Shown: positions 60,427-64,000 of the stretch, piece after piece
Position numbering within the stretch: the first letter of the stretch is position 1
Layout of the letters: the number at the start of each line of letters is the position of its first letter
Source: Candidatus Bathyarchaeota archaeon
GTDB taxonomy: Archaea > Thermoproteota > Bathyarchaeia > Bathyarchaeales > Bathycorpusculaceae
Assembly (NCBI GenBank): GCA_963815095.1
Contig: CAWFFH010000003.1
Span: 480,001-544,000, forward strand
Reading direction: 5' to 3'
Length of the DNA stretch: 64,000 nucleotides
The notes under the pieces: model-generated
The model's database searches: none
The model's input: the letters and a program-made list of their open reading frames with translations, nothing else
Told to the model about the DNA's origin: nothing
Program-made: the position numbers and the translations under genes

Positions 60427-62031
60427 ATGGAAGATAGCCACTTAACTTGGCTTTGCAAGTGTGAATCTAAGATGAAAAAAAACCTAATAATCGCTTTATC
60501 ACTTGTGGTAATAGTGGTCGTTGTATTGTCATCGTTTACCGCTGTAGAAGTTTATCGGTCTTTTTCCACTCATGTTGCAGCCAATAAATCATTTTATGTG
60601 GGAGTTACATTCGGTGGAGATTCAGTAAAAGAGGCGAAGCAACTGATTGATAGAGTCAAGAGTTATACTAACCTGTTTGTTTTGGCGTCGGGTACATTGA
60701 TGCAAAACGTAGCCGCTACACAGCAGATCGGCGATTATGCCACTAACGCAGGATTAAATATAATCTTGTATTACGGCAGAAGCGGCGACCCTAGTACTTG
60801 CGTGTCTCTGCTCAACCTTGCTAAAGCCCGTTGGGGCAGCCATTTCCTTGGGCTATACTACCAAGATGAACCAGGAGGCAACATGCTTGATTCCCAAGTA
60901 CCGCTTTATGCGGATGGCAATGTCACGGCAAACAACGCAATCTCAAAAGGCGCAAACGGAACGATTTCGACGTCAAAAATTTTCTATGAAGGATCAAACA
61001 CCACTTGGGTCACTATTTCATTTGAACCTTCAGGAGTAATCAATTTGCAAACCACCATAGAAACAAATAGGAGTACGCCGCTTTCATTCCCATTTTCTAC
61101 CGCCGTTCCCTCGGTGAATACCACACACCTCCCCGCGAGCCTTGATAGCTACGTATATACTTCAACATTTTTGACTTATTACACGAACGGGACAATTAAC
61201 TGTACTTTCAACAACGACACCTCAACAATTGAGCCGCTAAACTACTATCCAGATGGCACTGTGCAGTATGAAAATGGCACATACGCGACTGATGAAGGCG
61301 ACATTTCTCAGTTTGAACCTTACCAGCAATTATGGGATTCTAATCCAATTCAAACTTATGCTGAAGCAGCAAACGACTTTGTGAATACTGAGAAGATGAC
61401 ATTGACTTCGATTGGCAATGAATCAAATGTCAGGCTTTTCACTTCAGACTATGGCCTCTACTGGTTCGACTACCTGAGCGGCTACAATACTGTATTTGCA
61501 GAGTTATTCGGAACGCAAACTGACTCAGAGACTTTAGCACTAGTTAGAGGCGCTGCTGATATGCAGAACAAAAGTTGGGGTGTAATGATTGAGCCTGCAA
61601 GCCAATCACCGATTACTCTCCAAACTGGCAACCAAATATACGGTGAGTTGCAGCAAGCTTACGAATGCGGTGCGACATATGGTGTAGTCTTTAACTATGC
61701 ACTAAACAACACAGATGGAGTTTTGCAGGACGAACAGTTCGCTGCAATTCAAAAGTTTTGGAATAACAATATGAATAGTGCGAGAGACACCGGCGCCTTT
61801 ACCGCTCAAGATGTGTTAGTATTGCCCGCAGATTATGGATGGGGCATGAGGAGCCAAAATGATAAGATATGGGGTATCTGGCAACCGGATGCTAATTCAC
61901 AGCAGGTCTGGGACTCAGTACAACAGTCCCTAGCCACCTATGGTTCAAAACTTGACATTGTGTATACAGATCCGTCCTTCTCAATTGCAGGGAGATACCA
62001 ACATGTCATTTATTGGAACGGAACAGCCTGA
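60427..62031 (+). CDS. membrane-anchored extracellular protein (possible glycoside-hydrolase-like barrel)
   Basis: YVGVT, YTNLFV, DEPGG, FTSDYGLYW, YGWGMR. Confidence 0.7.
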   Translation: MEDSHLTWLCKCESKMKKNLIIALSLVVIVVVVLSSFTAVEVYRSFSTHVAANKSFYVGVTFGGDSVKEAKQLIDRVKSYTNLFVLASGTLMQNVAATQQIGDYATNAGLNIILYYGRSGDPSTCVSLLNLAKARWGSHFLGLYYQDEPGGNMLDSQVPLYADGNVTANNAISKGANGTISTSKIFYEGSNTTWVTISFEPSGVINLQTTIETNRSTPLSFPFSTAVPSVNTTHLPASLDSYVYTSTFLTYYTNGTINCTFNNDTSTIEPLNYYPDGTVQYENGTYATDEGDISQFEPYQQLWDSNPIQTYAEAANDFVNTEKMTLTSIGNESNVRLFTSDYGLYWFDYLSGYNTVFAELFGTQTDSETLALVRGAADMQNKSWGVMIEPASQSPITLQTGNQIYGELQQAYECGATYGVVFNYALNNTDGVLQDEQFAAIQKFWNNNMNSARDTGAFTAQDVLVLPADYGWGMRSQNDKIWGIWQPDANSQQVWDSVQQSLATYGSKLDIVYTDPSFSIAGRYQHVIYWNGTA

Positions 62032-62224
62032 AAATCCTTTAATTGATAAAGCAGTTACTGAATCACCACAAGCTCGGCACAATGCGGTTCATATCTCTAT
62101 CCTTTAGAGGTCAATTATAAATGAGTCTAAATAGCCGTCTAGCTATCTAAAAAAGATGCGCATGGTTTCGTTAACTTTAGTTAAAAGTCGCTTCCAAATA
62201 CCTGCCTCTTTAATTTTTGATCTA

Positions 62225-62665
62225 TTATTTTGATTTTATCCAGTCTCTAAGCGTCTCATAACATAATATTACTACTATGAGCGCGATCGCAACAGTCTCA
62301 AAAAAATAGCTTCTATCAAGGAAAGCAGGTCTAAAAAAGACAAGCGCTATTATTAGGACTAAAATGGAGAATAGGGCATAAATGAAGTGTCTTGGAACCA
62401 AAAAGCGATTGATTTTTATTGAATTATCTAAAACAACTTTTGCAATTACAAAGTTACCATTTTCACGTCTAACAAAGCCAGACTCTTCTAGTTTACAAAG
62501 GTGATATAATGCTACTGATGGACTGCTAAGCTTTAGTGCGTGCTGAATCTCTCTCACACTTAAAGGCTTGCTTGCTTTCACCATGTAGCGATAAACTACA
62601 TAAGTAGTTCCTTTTAGTATTGACAATTCTTCTTTAGTAACAGTTAATCTCCCTCTAGGGCACAA
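62225..62665 (-). CDS. membrane-anchored winged-helix regulator
   Basis: LKGTTYVVY...VREIQHALKLSSPSVALYHL followed by 2 TM helices. Confidence 0.8.
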   Translation of the reverse strand: MCPRGRLTVTKEELSILKGTTYVVYRYMVKASKPLSVREIQHALKLSSPSVALYHLCKLEESGFVRRENGNFVIAKVVLDNSIKINRFLVPRHFIYALFSILVLIIALVFFRPAFLDRSYFFETVAIALIVVILCYETLRDWIKSK

Positions 62666-62761
62666 ATGGTAGAATAAAATAATCGTTAATATTATTTGTT
62701 ATTTATTCCTATTCTAAAATTTAGAACACTTTATTAAAGAAATAGAATTATAAGGACGCCT

Positions 62762-63013
62762 TTGCAGTTCAAAGATATGCAAGAAGTAAAAATGACCACT
62801 GCAATCATAGTAGCACTGACGTTAGCTATTTCGCTGACTCTAGTTACAATCTATCTTTTACCACAAGGCAATGCTCCAATACTACAAATTTCTGAACCGC
62901 AGGAACAAATCCCTTGGCAATATCTAGCGCTAGGCTTAACCGTTGTTTTTGTTGGTGGGGCTACTTGCATTGTGCTAGCCATAAAACGCATGGTTCGTCA
63001 ATCAATATCCTGA
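62762..63013 (+). CDS. small two-TM membrane protein
   Basis: Two hydrophobic helices; divergent from the wHTH regulator. Confidence 0.55.
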   Translation: MQFKDMQEVKMTTAIIVALTLAISLTLVTIYLLPQGNAPILQISEPQEQIPWQYLALGLTVVFVGGATCIVLAIKRMVRQSIS

Positions 63014-63243
63014 ATTGATTTAGTTTGGGTTTATTTAACTTAAGTTGCAATTAAGGTGAAGTATTGCGTGTTCTAAAATATAGAATTAAGTATTATTGCA
63101 CAGTAAGACTTGGTTGTTAACACTAACACTGCTCAATAGCACACTTAAAACTCGATATACGTGCAATAGTCAAAAGCTGCCCCCTCCTCCATGACTTCTC
63201 AGAGTCTTTTTACTTATAACTCCCATCTGGGGGGTAGACATAG

Positions 63244-63537
63244 GTGGCGCGGAAGATGGGCAAGGGTGCGGAATTGGAAGTGTTCAGTGGTCGACAAGCC
63301 AAACTAAACCGTGTTATATTCATGATTCTTGATTCTAAGAACCTCTTGACAAGCTATGATATGTACCTAGAAATCAGGCGAATTAAGAGTTTTAGACATG
63401 TCAAAAGGCAAAGCGTTGACAGGCGAATGAAGGCATTATGTGAACAGGGCTGGACAGTTAAGTATGGAGTGAGACCTGCAAAAGCCCATTTTCTTTCACC
63501 TTTATACGCATTAAGCATCGAGCATAAGCCGCCTTAA
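63244..63537 (+). CDS. wHTH-like protein, possibly truncated
   Basis: VFSGRQAKLNRVI...SVDRRMKAL..GW. Confidence 0.5.
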   Translation: MARKMGKGAELEVFSGRQAKLNRVIFMILDSKNLLTSYDMYLEIRRIKSFRHVKRQSVDRRMKALCEQGWTVKYGVRPAKAHFLSPLYALSIEHKPP

Positions 63538-63672
63538 CGCTGAGCAAGACAGACCTGAATGTCTTCATTCAAGTAGCCGCAGGCTATTTTACCGAATTAC
63601 CTTTTGTTAAATAGTCTCAGCCGTTCTTCGCGCTAAAAGAGTTTAAAACAGGCTAAACAAATGATTTGGATA

Positions 63673-63700
63673 TGGTGCAGGGGTTGAGGTTTGAATCCAC
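63673..63700 (-). mobile_element. degenerate tRNA 3'-half remnant (Leu-like acceptor), att-like
   Basis: Minus strand GTGGATTCAAACCTCAACCCCTGCACCA: T-loop-like TTCAAA, acceptor 3' strand and ACCA. Confidence 0.5.
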
Positions 63701-63859
63701 AAATCTTTTCTATTATTTGGGCAATCATTGAAATCATGTATAAAAGAAATTTTGATGTTCTTTAAATAGTGAAATGGCTTTATCCATAGCTATAAATCGA
63801 CAATCTCCAAAAAGCGGCTTTAACCTTTGTAAGAGAAACTTTGAAGGAAGTTAGTTAAA

Positions 63860-64000
63860 ATGCAATCAATCAGAATCGAACAAAAAGAAGAAAAACATAG
63901 AATATGTCCTGACTGCAAATCAGGGTCGCTAATAAGAGAGACGAAAGTATTTTTTTCGTGTTCAAAATGTGACAGCATTTACCGCGATTCACCCTCCAAG
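63860..64000 (+). CDS. Zn-ribbon protein, partial
   Basis: MQSIRIEQKEEKHRICPDC...CSKC, open to the window end. Confidence 0.5.
   Translation, partial: MQSIRIEQKEEKHRICPDCKSGSLIRETKVFFSCSKCDSIYRDSPSK

Noticed and set aside
1-64000. CRISPR array or rRNA genes
   Set aside because: No regularly spaced repeats or rRNA-like sequence seen.

Overview
Archaeal chromosome segment, most likely Bathyarchaeia (inferred from gene content and style, not proven). It has two halves. Core half (1-30.7 kb): a partial ADP-forming acyl-CoA synthetase, a CofE-like ligase, a radical SAM enzyme, a his operon (hisGDCBHAFI, no hisE), a PAC2 chaperone, initiator tRNA-Met, a ribophorin-I-like membrane protein, and a dense redox/oxidative-stress cluster (ferredoxins, PDO, FprA, rubrerythrin, SOD, disulfide reductase, glutaredoxin, FTR, Nth, peroxiredoxin, ferritin-like protein, flavodoxin, two KGG proteins). 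Accessory half (about 31.06 kb to the end): it starts at a tRNA 3'-end remnant and has a second remnant near 63.7 kb. It carries secreted peptidase-like proteins, membrane-anchored wHTH regulators with recurring operator-like motifs, pseudogenes, an IS630 relic and a MITE. It also holds two diverged copies of a structured non-coding element, a mobile-looking block with two convergent DDE transposases and two degenerate resolvase domains, and a complete three-gene ubiquitin-like conjugation operon (Ubl ending in TDKS, E2-like/E1 fusion, DUF6527-like protein). That operon resembles bacterial Bub systems but sits in an archaeon. All family assignments come from motif recognition by eye; no database searches were run.
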